From: Oceanispirochaeta sp.
GTDB lineage: Bacteria > Spirochaetota > Spirochaetia > DSM-2461
Direction of reading: 5' to 3'
Assembly (NCBI GenBank): GCA_963663385.2
Contig: CAXXXD010000002.1
Location: forward strand, 1,696,001 to 1,760,000
DNA length: 64,000 nucleotides
Below, one piece after another: positions 39,215-48,297 of the stretch (position 1 is its first letter; each line of letters begins with the position of its first letter). Both the position numbers and the translations under genes were made by a program. The notes beneath the pieces are model-generated. The model saw only the letters and a list, made by a program, of their open reading frames with translations, did not search any database and was not told the DNA's origin.

Positions 39215-40411
39215 TTAACCTATATTAAACAGTCCTCCCAGGCCGCCAAGGGGGTTGTCGCCGCCGCTCTGGTTTCCCAGTCCCATCATCCTGACAGTGC
39301 CCTGCAGTTCCTGGATCTTCTTCTGCTGTCTTTCGATAATCTCCATCAGCTGGTCAATGTCGTACTCTGGCTGCGCACTTCTTTCCTGCTCTTCTTTGAT
39401 CTGTTTATACAGTTGAAAATCGTTCTCGGTCTCTATCTGCGCCAGCTCATAGGAGCTGCTGTATTCATTCAGGTTCAGGGGCAGTTCCGGAAAATGCCGG
39501 GACTGGGCGATCTTCTGGGCGATACGGAAAATCTGCTGGGCTGTCAGGGTATCCTGATACTCCATCAGAAAGGGAACGCGGTTATGGAGGGATTCATTAA
39601 TATCCCGATCGAACAGAACCGTGCCCATACAGTCCATGGACACAAGGAGATCTTTTTGCACCAGGCGTCCCAGGTTTTCAGCCATTTGAAAATCTTCTTC
39701 GTCTTCAATCATATTCAGTATCATCTTGGGCTGAAGAACTTCCAGGTAGGCCATGGCCTTTTCCATGGTTTCCGGTTCATCCTGACCTATCTCATGGAGG
39801 AGGTGGGCCAGGGTTAAATCCGTACCAGGCAGCATGCGCTTTATATTCTTTTTCAGGTAGGTATCCATCTTTTTGTTTTTGCTGAATGCCTTGTGCAGAA
39901 AACGGATTGTCAGGTTTTTGGTAAAGGAGTAGGCATTCAGGATAGAGCTGGCATGGGGTGTTGTTACTATCAGTCCCGAATTGGAGATCAGAAAAAAGTC
40001 TATTGTATTGAAACTGCTGCCGGCTCCCAGGTCAAGGATAATGTAATCCGCATCCAGTTCCTGGATTTCCTTCATAATTTCCTTTTTCTGGGCATCCGTA
40101 ATGTCTGCCATCCCATAGGAAAGAGTATCTCCGGGTATAAAGTGGAGGTTTTTATAGGGAGTTTCTATAACCAGTGATTTAAAAGTTCTTTTATTGTCCT
40201 GCAGGTAGGTTCCTATTCCGGGATTGGTATTTCTGATGCCGAGAATCGTGTGTAGATTGGCTCCCCCCAGATCCATGTCGACCAGTATGGTTTTTCTATC
40301 TGAAATAGCCAGGGACAGAGCTATATTAACCGATAGTATGGACTTGCCGACTCCGCCCTTACCTCCGGCGATAGGTATAATCTTTTTTTCGATTGTTTCA
40401 TTCAGTACCAA
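39215..40411 (-). CDS. MinD/FlhG-like P-loop ATPase with C-terminal coiled coil
   Basis: Deviant Walker A GGKGGVGKS, DMDLGGANL, ILDLGAG. Confidence 0.85.
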   Translation of the reverse strand: MVLNETIEKKIIPIAGGKGGVGKSILSVNIALSLAISDRKTILVDMDLGGANLHTILGIRNTNPGIGTYLQDNKRTFKSLVIETPYKNLHFIPGDTLSYGMADITDAQKKEIMKEIQELDADYIILDLGAGSSFNTIDFFLISNSGLIVTTPHASSILNAYSFTKNLTIRFLHKAFSKNKKMDTYLKKNIKRMLPGTDLTLAHLLHEIGQDEPETMEKAMAYLEVLQPKMILNMIEDEEDFQMAENLGRLVQKDLLVSMDCMGTVLFDRDINESLHNRVPFLMEYQDTLTAQQIFRIAQKIAQSRHFPELPLNLNEYSSSYELAQIETENDFQLYKQIKEEQERSAQPEYDIDQLMEIIERQQKKIQELQGTVRMMGLGNQSGGDNPLGGLGGLFNIG

Positions 40412-40566
40412 TTGAGGCTCCTGCAGTTATCTTTTGCCTGTAAATTATACCAGCACTTTTCCATAGAAAACAGTCCCGGGTAACAAAATAGGAAAAAAGT
40501 ATGAAGACATATCAATTCTTTTGTATAATAATAGAGTATATTATTGGTAGTTAATGAACCATTGTT

Positions 40567-42042
40567 ATGAGGGTAGGCTTGAACTCGATGAGTGCAGACG
40601 CAACTGAGATTAATAAAACAAAAAAGACTAGCAATGGGGAAAAGCTTCGGGAGGATATTGAGAAATACTATCTTCCTGAAAATCTTGTAAAATCCATACT
40701 TGAGATTGGTTCCATACCGGAGGAGTCGGAGGAAGCTCTTGTGGGTATCGGATTTCTGGATATTGCCGATTACACATTCCTTTCAAAATTTCTAAGCGCC
40801 AAGGAAAATCAGACTATCCTGAACGGTCTTTATTCCGCTTTTGACTGGGTTCTGAAAAAACATGGCGGTTACCTGAATAAAATCGAAGGGGACAGCCTTA
40901 TGTTTCAGTACGGCGGCCCTATCGATCCCCGAACACGCGGACTGACGGAAGAGGAAACCAGGCTGTATATATCTACCGAACTGTTTTATACCTGTGTCGA
41001 GCTGCAGAGGGTTTGTAACCTTTTTAATCAGGCTAATGACAAATTCCTCTATTCGGAAGAGGAGGGAAAAACCAAACAGAGTATATTAAAGGCTTTTGAT
41101 ATCATCCGGGGGTTGAGGAACAATGAATTTCTCTCACCTTCCATCAATGCCCTCTTTCAGATCAGGATAAGAGTAGGCGCATCAATTGGCAAGGTTCAGA
41201 TAGGCAACTTCGGTCCCGACGGGGCCAAGCACTGGGATGTCATCGGGATGCCCGTTATTTATGCCAAGAGAATGGAATCGACAGCACCGGTCGGGGGATT
41301 CAGAATATCGGAAGAGTATTTCAAGATTCTGGATGATCAGGGTGTCGTTGAGGCTTATATGACCCGGTTTAAAAGGGAGGCTTCCGCTCTGTTCAGCGAT
41401 TACAGGACGATAAAGAAAGAGGAGCTTTTCCGTTTCAGTCAGGTATTTCTGAAAGAAAAGAAGAATGCCGGATTCAATACCTACAGTGTGCAGGTTGAAC
41501 CGAATCTTCCGGAGGAACTGGTACGTCAGGTGGAACTTCTGCTTCAGAAAGATGAACCGGGGGCTTCCCGTATTATTGATTTTCTGCAGTATTACAGGGG
41601 AAATCAGTATGTTATTAATAAACTCGAAGACCTTTTCAGGCGTTCGAAAATAAATATAAGAAAAGATGAGCTGCTTAAACTTCTTCTTCCCGGCCGGTAC
41701 CGGTACTATATTTCACAGGCCATGGGTGATGAGGGGAAGGCGGCGGAACTGATACACGAGGAATTTACTTTAAAGGACCTTATGGATATTCTGGGGGATC
41801 TGCAGGATGCTGTAAAATCGGTGAGGAATCAGACGCCCCCTCTATTGTCTGAGTATCCCGGATATGAAGAGTATATAAAACAGGAAGAGTATAAAATCAC
41901 AGCCCATTACGATGACATAAAAAACTCCATTGCTCATACAAGCTATTTTTACAATCTCCTTTTTCCGCTGTTTTTCAGGCATATCAAATCCAGTATTCTG
42001 GAATATCAGCAGAGGCTGGAGATTGTGGAGGATGTATTGTGA
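40567..42042 (+). CDS. Class III adenylate/guanylate cyclase-domain protein
   Basis: FLDIADYT, KIEGDSLM, IRVG, GNFG, WDVIG.PV..AKRMES. Confidence 0.85.
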   Translation: MRVGLNSMSADATEINKTKKTSNGEKLREDIEKYYLPENLVKSILEIGSIPEESEEALVGIGFLDIADYTFLSKFLSAKENQTILNGLYSAFDWVLKKHGGYLNKIEGDSLMFQYGGPIDPRTRGLTEEETRLYISTELFYTCVELQRVCNLFNQANDKFLYSEEEGKTKQSILKAFDIIRGLRNNEFLSPSINALFQIRIRVGASIGKVQIGNFGPDGAKHWDVIGMPVIYAKRMESTAPVGGFRISEEYFKILDDQGVVEAYMTRFKREASALFSDYRTIKKEELFRFSQVFLKEKKNAGFNTYSVQVEPNLPEELVRQVELLLQKDEPGASRIIDFLQYYRGNQYVINKLEDLFRRSKINIRKDELLKLLLPGRYRYYISQAMGDEGKAAELIHEEFTLKDLMDILGDLQDAVKSVRNQTPPLLSEYPGYEEYIKQEEYKITAHYDDIKNSIAHTSYFYNLLFPLFFRHIKSSILEYQQRLEIVEDVL

Positions 42043-42635
42043 GACAGCTCTCACTCTCAGTGTTTTTTCTATTGTTTTTTGCAGCTTTGCTTTCTGCCGG
42101 GGAGATCGTTCTGGTTAATAAAACCGGATTTATCCTGTATGAAGTTTTTTTTACACCCCAGGAATCTTCCGATTGGGGTGAGGATATTCTGCCTTATGAC
42201 GTAATCCTGCCTGACGGGTATGCCTCTCTTGATGTTGATGAATCCGCCGGCAGCGGAATTTTCAAGATTCGACTGATAGACGAAGACGGAGAAATCTATC
42301 TGAAGCATAATATCAACCTGGATGTCAGGAGGAAAATCCTTGTCCAGCCAAAGGATCTGCTGGCTCTCTCTCCCGATGAAGGTTTGACGTTCACCCTGGT
42401 CAACAGTACGGGAGATACCATTACAGGTCTCTATATCTCCTCTGAAACGGAAGACAGCTGGGGAGATAATCTGATAGACGGTTATTTCCTGAACAATAGC
42501 GAACAGGTAATTGAGCTTCAGTCTGACTTCGATTCAGCCTTTTACGATATCCGTTTTGATATGAGAGAAAACAGTTATATTCAAAAACATGTTTTTTTAT
42601 CCCATAGAGCCCGTATCCTGCTGTCTCTTGAGTAG
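42039..42635 (+). CDS. Exported hypothetical protein with an internal domain duplication
   Basis: Signal peptide; NKTG..LYEVF..P..SSDWGEDIL and NSTG..ITGLYIS...EDSWGDNLI. Confidence 0.75.
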   Translation: MRQLSLSVFFLLFFAALLSAGEIVLVNKTGFILYEVFFTPQESSDWGEDILPYDVILPDGYASLDVDESAGSGIFKIRLIDEDGEIYLKHNINLDVRRKILVQPKDLLALSPDEGLTFTLVNSTGDTITGLYISSETEDSWGDNLIDGYFLNNSEQVIELQSDFDSAFYDIRFDMRENSYIQKHVFLSHRARILLSLE

Positions 42636-42688
42636 AACACATGGAAAACAGGTGATATTATACTGCTCTGATTTATGAGGAGTTTTTT

Positions 42689-44608
42689 TTGGGCAGTGAT
42701 TTTTTACCCGTAAACCGGGAGGATATGAAAAAACGCGGCTGGGGCAGTTGTGATTTTGTACTGATATCTGCAGACGCCTATGTGGATCATCCTTCCTTTG
42801 CCATGGCCATCATCTCCAGGGTGCTGGAGGATAGGGGGTACAGGGTTGGTATTATTTCACAGCCTGACTGGAAGGACCCTGATGCATTCCGGGTACTGGG
42901 AAAGCCTGATCTGGCCTTTCTCGTATCTGCCGGCAATATCGATTCCATGGTCAACCATTACACTGTTAACCGCAAACTGCGCAGACAGGATGCATACTCT
43001 CCCGGAGGAAAAACCGGTCTGCGTCCGGACAGGCCTTCCATTGTTTATACTTCCATGGCCAGGCAGGCATACAAAGAGATTCCGGTTATTATCGGAGGGT
43101 TGGAGCCCTCTCTCCGGAGATTGTCTCACTACGATTACTGGAGCGATAAGGTACGCCGTTCCATGCTTCTGGACAGTAAAGCTGATCTTCTGATGTACGG
43201 GATGGGTGAAAGCAGTATGGTATCCATCGCTGAGGCTCTGAAAACAGGGCGTTCCGCAGCTGAACTGAAGAACCTGAGAGGAACGGTCTGTGCTGTCTCC
43301 TCAAAGGACCAACTCCCTCCGGACTGTCTGATTCTGCCGTCTTTTGAGGAAGTTTCCGCGGACAGGAGAGCCTATGCAGAAAGCTTCCGGATCCAGTATC
43401 ATAATACGGATCCTGTTCTGGCAAAGCCTCTGGCGGAACCCTGCGGAAAACGGTTTGTACTGCAGAATCCGCCATCTTTTCCCATAACCCGAGAAGCCAT
43501 GGATAGAGTCTATGCTCTGCCTTATATGAGAAAGGCACATCCCATGTATGATTCAGAAGGTGGAATCCCGGCCCTGAAAGAGGTCGAATTCTCCCTGGAA
43601 CACAACAGGGGGTGTTTCGGCAGCTGCAACTTCTGCGCCATTACATTTCATCAGGGGAGGATTGTCTCTTCCCGGAGCCACAGTTCCGTACTGGCCGAAG
43701 CTGAAAAGCTGACAGCTCTGCCCGGGTTTAAAGGGTATATACACGATGTGGGCGGGCCGACTGCCAATTTCCGGAGGCCTGCCTGTTCAAAACAGCTGTC
43801 CAATGGGGCTTGTCAGGATCGGTCCTGTCTGACACCTGATCCATGCGGGAACCTCGATTCGGATCACCAGGATTATCTTGACCTTCTCAGAAAGCTGCGG
43901 AAACTGAACGGGATTAAGAAAGTATTTGTGCGTTCGGGAATCCGTTTCGATTTTATGCTGCAGGACAAAAATGAGAAGTTCTTCAGGGAGCTGTGCGAGC
44001 ACCACATCAGCGGACAGCTCAAGGTCGCTCCGGAACACGTTTCTCCCCGGGTTCTCAAAGCGATGAACAAGCAGAAACACCCCGTTTACAGGAAATTCAT
44101 GAAGAGATTCGCCGAAATAAACAGGGAGTTGGGGAAAAAGCAGTACCTTGTTCCCTATTTTATCTCTTCCCATCCCGGCAGTACCCTGAAAGATGCCATT
44201 ATGCTGGCTGAATTCATGAAGGAGACCCGCTTTATTCCCGATCAGGTTCAGGACTTCTATCCGACACCGGGTACAATCTCCACCTGTATGTACTATACCG
44301 GCCTTGATCTTGAAACAATGCAGCCAATTCCTGTGGTCCGGAAAGAGCGGGAAAAGAAGATGCAGCGGGCCCTGCTGCAGTTTAACCGGTCTGAAAATTA
44401 CAGGCTGGTTAAAGAGGCTTTGCAGAAAGAGGGCCGAACTGATCTGATCGGGAACGGTCCCCGCTGCCTGATAGGGAATAATGGGAGTTCAGAAAGGTAT
44501 GCCCGGGGCGAACAGAAAAAAGAAGGAGCCCCGATACTCAACGGGAATCTTTCCCGGGGCAGGGGCAGAAAACGTCCGAAGGGTAATAATACCCGGAGAC
44601 GTTCATAA
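42689..44608 (+). CDS. YgiQ-family (UPF0313) radical SAM protein
   Basis: DAYVDHPSF, RGCFGSCNFC, DVGGPTAN, LKVAPEH, QVQDFYPTP. Confidence 0.92.
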   Translation: MGSDFLPVNREDMKKRGWGSCDFVLISADAYVDHPSFAMAIISRVLEDRGYRVGIISQPDWKDPDAFRVLGKPDLAFLVSAGNIDSMVNHYTVNRKLRRQDAYSPGGKTGLRPDRPSIVYTSMARQAYKEIPVIIGGLEPSLRRLSHYDYWSDKVRRSMLLDSKADLLMYGMGESSMVSIAEALKTGRSAAELKNLRGTVCAVSSKDQLPPDCLILPSFEEVSADRRAYAESFRIQYHNTDPVLAKPLAEPCGKRFVLQNPPSFPITREAMDRVYALPYMRKAHPMYDSEGGIPALKEVEFSLEHNRGCFGSCNFCAITFHQGRIVSSRSHSSVLAEAEKLTALPGFKGYIHDVGGPTANFRRPACSKQLSNGACQDRSCLTPDPCGNLDSDHQDYLDLLRKLRKLNGIKKVFVRSGIRFDFMLQDKNEKFFRELCEHHISGQLKVAPEHVSPRVLKAMNKQKHPVYRKFMKRFAEINRELGKKQYLVPYFISSHPGSTLKDAIMLAEFMKETRFIPDQVQDFYPTPGTISTCMYYTGLDLETMQPIPVVRKEREKKMQRALLQFNRSENYRLVKEALQKEGRTDLIGNGPRCLIGNNGSSERYARGEQKKEGAPILNGNLSRGRGRKRPKGNNTRRRS

Positions 44609-44687
44609 AGCATTCATAAATCAAGACTTTACGATCAGGTTGGTTCTTGTTACTTTATAGAGTAGAATGCCATAGAGGAGCAATTCA

Positions 44688-45515
44688 TTGAGAGGTTTAG
44701 AAGGATTAATCGGGGGAGTCATCGGATTCTTCCTTGGTATAATGTCGGGTATCCCTTTTATGGGTATAATCGGTGCTGTGGTAGGCAGTTCCATCGGGCG
44801 GAGTTTTTCATCCTACTCCGGTCGGGCGGGGGGATCATTCAATCAGTTCAACCGTTTTCAGGGAACAGGAGGGTATAATCGGCAACAGGCGTCCTTTTCT
44901 GATGCACAGAATAACAGCCGTCTGTTCTTTTCAACCCTGTTTTCCATGCTGGGTAAACTGTCGGTTGCGGACGGCCGTATTTCTGATGAAGAGAAACAGA
45001 CCATCTACCATTTCATGCGACAGGACCTCAGGCTGGATCCAGTCAGTCAGCAGGCTGCCATGGAGATATTTAATGCGGCAGCCCGTTCAGGTGATCTCTT
45101 TGAATCCTATGCCCGTCAGTTTTATCAGGCTTTTGCCGGAAATGCCCAGTTTATGGAGCTTCTGCTTGATATCCTTTTAAGAGTGGCTGCCGCGGACGGT
45201 AATATCCATCCCGAGGAGGAGAGGATGATCCAGGAAGCGGTTCGTATCTTCGGTTACAGCCAGACATCCTACGACCGTCTTAAAAGTAAATATGCCAAAA
45301 CCACATCCTCATCGGCGTCCTACAGTATTCTGGGTTGTTCTCCATCCGATCCGGATGATATGGTAAAAAAGGCTTATCGTACGAAGGCTTCCGAGTTTCA
45401 TCCTGACAGGGTGGCGGCTAAGGGGCTTCCTGAAGAATTTACCCAGTTTGCCAATGACCGTTTCCAGGAAATACAGGAGGCCTGGGAGTCCATTAAAAAG
45501 GAACGGAACCTTTGA
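44688..45515 (+). CDS. djlA: DjlA-like co-chaperone (TerB-like plus J domain)
   Basis: N-terminal TM, ADG..S.EE TerB-like motifs, C-terminal HPD J-domain. Confidence 0.8.
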   Translation: MRGLEGLIGGVIGFFLGIMSGIPFMGIIGAVVGSSIGRSFSSYSGRAGGSFNQFNRFQGTGGYNRQQASFSDAQNNSRLFFSTLFSMLGKLSVADGRISDEEKQTIYHFMRQDLRLDPVSQQAAMEIFNAAARSGDLFESYARQFYQAFAGNAQFMELLLDILLRVAAADGNIHPEEERMIQEAVRIFGYSQTSYDRLKSKYAKTTSSSASYSILGCSPSDPDDMVKKAYRTKASEFHPDRVAAKGLPEEFTQFANDRFQEIQEAWESIKKERNL

Positions 45516-46393
45516 TGAGATGCTGGTTTCACACATCCGGTCATAAATTCCGCAAAGAGTTCATCAGCTTTTTAAGCCTTACCCTGGGCTGCCTTATTAT
45601 GGCCCTGGGGATGAATCTGTTTCTTATCCCCAATAAAATCGTAGCAGGCGGTCTATCCGGTATCGGTACGGTTCTCTACCACCTTTTTGATCTTCCCGTG
45701 GGTATGACGGTTTTAGCCATGAATGTGCCTCTGTTTCTTGCCTCCTGGAAGATGCTGGGGAGTTCTTTCGGAATTAAAACCCTGATAGCCACGGTTCTGC
45801 TCTCTCTGTTTATAGATGGGACCACTTTCCTCAATGTCCTGACGGATGATCTGCTGCTGGCTTCCATTATGGGGGGCGGAATGATCGGGCTCGGGCTGGG
45901 ACTCATCTTTCGTGAGGATGCTTCAACGGGAGGAACGGATCTCGGGGCGAAAATCGTTCATAAGGTTATTCCATTTATTTCGGTCGGACAGCTGCTTCTG
46001 GCCATTGATGCGGTGGTTGTCCTGATGGCTGCCTTTGCCTTCGGTCAGTATGAACTGGCCTTATATGCCGGGGTGACTATCTTTCTGACTGCCCGTGTGA
46101 TTGATGCAGTTGTGGTTGGTGTCAACTATACCAAAGCGGCTTATATCATCTCTCTGAAATCTGATTTTATCAGCAGGCGGATTCTGGTGGATATGGACCG
46201 CGGTGTAACTGAGCTTAAAGGGAAGGGGCTGTATACGGGAAATGACCGTCCTGTTCTTCTCTGTGTGCTCCGCAGTCGTGATGTTCCTCATCTAAAGCAG
46301 ATTGTTTCGGAGATTGATCCCGAGGCTTTTATTTTTATTTCTGATGTGAGAGAGGCTTTCGGGGAGGGATTCAGCTATGAGTCGAAAGGATAG
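45512..46393 (+). CDS. YitT-family membrane protein
   Basis: GGLSG, NVPLF, STGGTD, RGVT...G.G.YTG, IDPEAFI. Confidence 0.92.
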   Translation: MMRCWFHTSGHKFRKEFISFLSLTLGCLIMALGMNLFLIPNKIVAGGLSGIGTVLYHLFDLPVGMTVLAMNVPLFLASWKMLGSSFGIKTLIATVLLSLFIDGTTFLNVLTDDLLLASIMGGGMIGLGLGLIFREDASTGGTDLGAKIVHKVIPFISVGQLLLAIDAVVVLMAAFAFGQYELALYAGVTIFLTARVIDAVVVGVNYTKAAYIISLKSDFISRRILVDMDRGVTELKGKGLYTGNDRPVLLCVLRSRDVPHLKQIVSEIDPEAFIFISDVREAFGEGFSYESKG

Positions 46394-47123
46394 AGTATTT
46401 GATGATACGGATCCTGTGGTACGCCCCTTTGAATTTAACGAGACCGTTGCCCATGTCTTTGATGATATGGCCCGGCGCAGTATACCCCATTATGTCGATG
46501 TACAGTCTATGGCCACCACTCTGGCCCTCACTTTTTATAGAGAAGGGAGCTGGATTTATGACCTGGGCTGTTCAACCGGAACCACGATCAGTCTGATTCT
46601 GGAAGGTCTGAAAGAGCATGGTTTAAGGGATTACTACATCCGGGGGGTCGATAATTCACCTGCCATGTGCCGGGAAGCCCAGGAGAAGGTGGGCTCTCTT
46701 GCTGCCGATCCCGGAAGAGTGAGCATCGAAGAGGCGGATATTCTTAATGTCCCCATTCAGAATGCTTCTGTTGTTATAATGAACTATACCCTGCAGTTTC
46801 TGGATCCCCTGGAAAGGGAGCCCCTTATCCGCCGGATCTATGAGGGTTTGAACCATAACGGTATTCTGCTGGTAAGTGACAAAACCCTTCAGTCCCATAC
46901 GGATATCAGCCGTATTTTTATTGATAACTACTATAATATGAAGCGTGCCAATGGGTATTCCGAGCTGGAAATCTCCCGCAAGAGGGAGGCTCTGGAAAAT
47001 GTTCTTATTCCCTATCCCATCCGGGAAGAGGAGAATCTTTTCAGGAATGCCGGATTTGAAGCGGTAGACCTTTTCTACACCTGGTATAACTTTTCTTCAT
47101 TTATCTGCCTGAAAAAAGGATAA
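46377..47123 (+). CDS. cmoA: Carboxy-S-adenosyl-L-methionine synthase
   Basis: FEFNETVAHVFDDM..RSIP.Y, YDLGCSTG, NYTLQF, NGYSELEISRKREALENV. Confidence 0.93.
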   Translation: MSRKDRVFDDTDPVVRPFEFNETVAHVFDDMARRSIPHYVDVQSMATTLALTFYREGSWIYDLGCSTGTTISLILEGLKEHGLRDYYIRGVDNSPAMCREAQEKVGSLAADPGRVSIEEADILNVPIQNASVVIMNYTLQFLDPLEREPLIRRIYEGLNHNGILLVSDKTLQSHTDISRIFIDNYYNMKRANGYSELEISRKREALENVLIPYPIREEENLFRNAGFEAVDLFYTWYNFSSFICLKKG

Positions 47124-47129
47124 CTACTC

Positions 47130-48119
47130 TTGAAGCATACGGAAATCTCCAAAGAATATCTGAAAGATCGCTGCTATGACCCATACAAATCGGAAATCAG
47201 GATGGATGAGCTCAAACACCTCCGGAAAGATCTGGCAATCAAGCTGGAAAAACCCTCTGTAAAAGTATGGGAGGATCCTGTGGAAGCTCTGCAGCAGAGA
47301 GAGGGGGACAGTTTTGATTTTGATTCTCCAGCTGTGCGTTTCGGGCGGGAGGGTGACCTTTGTGGCGAGGAAAGGGAGAAACTTGTAACAGCCCTGAAGG
47401 CTTTGATGCCCTGGAGAAAAGGTCCTTTCAGCTACTATGGTACGGAAGTGGATGCGGAGTGGCGCAGTAATCTTAAATGGGACAGGGTTTCTCCCTGGCT
47501 GCCAGATCTGAAAAATAAAAAGATATGTGATATAGGCTGCAATAACGAATACTATATGTACCGTATGCTGCCGCAGGATCCCTGGTTTGTTCTGGGGATA
47601 GATCCCATGGTCCGCTATTACTATCATCACAGGCTGAACCGGAAGTTCTACCGGGATCCCCGTGTGAATTTCGATCTGCTTGGTGTGGATGATCTGGTTC
47701 TGTTTCCCCGCTTCTTTGATGTGGTTTTCTTTATGGGGATCATTTATCACAGGAGAAACCCCCTGCAAACACTCGAGATCCTGGGGCAATCGATGAAGAG
47801 GGGAGGAACCCTGATTCTTGAGAGCAGCGGTATCCCCGGGGATGACCCCTACTGCCTTTTTCCGGAAGGGCGGTATATGCAGGCACCGGGCTACTGGTTT
47901 CTGCCCACAGCCTCGGCTCTTGTAAATATGCTGAACCGTTCCGGTTTTTATAAAGTGGAAGTTTTTGACAATTTCAAGCTTGAAACGAAGGAACAGCGGC
48001 GGACTGACTGGGCTGTCTTTTACTCCCTTGAAGAATTTCTCGATCCTGAGGACCCTTCGAAAACAACAGAAGGTTATCCGGCGCCGACACGGATCTATAT
48101 AAGAGCTGTTAAAAAATAG
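47130..48119 (+). CDS. cmoB: tRNA U34 carboxymethyltransferase
   Basis: LMPWRKGPF, DAEWRSNLKW, GIIYHRRNP, TTEGYPAP.R. Confidence 0.93.
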   Translation: MKHTEISKEYLKDRCYDPYKSEIRMDELKHLRKDLAIKLEKPSVKVWEDPVEALQQREGDSFDFDSPAVRFGREGDLCGEEREKLVTALKALMPWRKGPFSYYGTEVDAEWRSNLKWDRVSPWLPDLKNKKICDIGCNNEYYMYRMLPQDPWFVLGIDPMVRYYYHHRLNRKFYRDPRVNFDLLGVDDLVLFPRFFDVVFFMGIIYHRRNPLQTLEILGQSMKRGGTLILESSGIPGDDPYCLFPEGRYMQAPGYWFLPTASALVNMLNRSGFYKVEVFDNFKLETKEQRRTDWAVFYSLEEFLDPEDPSKTTEGYPAPTRIYIRAVKK

Positions 48120-48142
48120 GCCTGTTCTACAATTGTCAGGGC

Positions 48143-48236
48143 AAAAAAATAGCCCCGCCGAGGCGGGGCAACCGACTAAACGGATCTGCCGGGAAGTATT
48201 CGTTGGGAGGGGAATAGAGTTTCCCGGCAAACCACG
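48143..48236 (-). ncRNA. Putative small regulatory RNA (sigma28 promoter, anti-SD hairpin, intrinsic terminator)
   Basis: Minus strand: TCAA-N15-GCCGATCA (48269-48243); stem TGCCGGGAA/TTCCCGGCA plus TATTC/GAATA with loop CCCTCCCAAC; terminator GCCCCGC-CTCG-GCGGGGC-TATTTTTTT. Confidence 0.6.
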
Positions 48237-48297
48237 TTATAATGATCGGCAGCAGTTTAGGAATGTTGAATTAATAATGCAAAAAAGGGGAATCTCC

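Noticed and set aside
47124..48297. 368-aa antisense ORF over cmoB and the N-terminal extension of the peptidase from 48133
   Set aside because: Shadow ORF with no motifs; peptidase homology starts near ATG 48298
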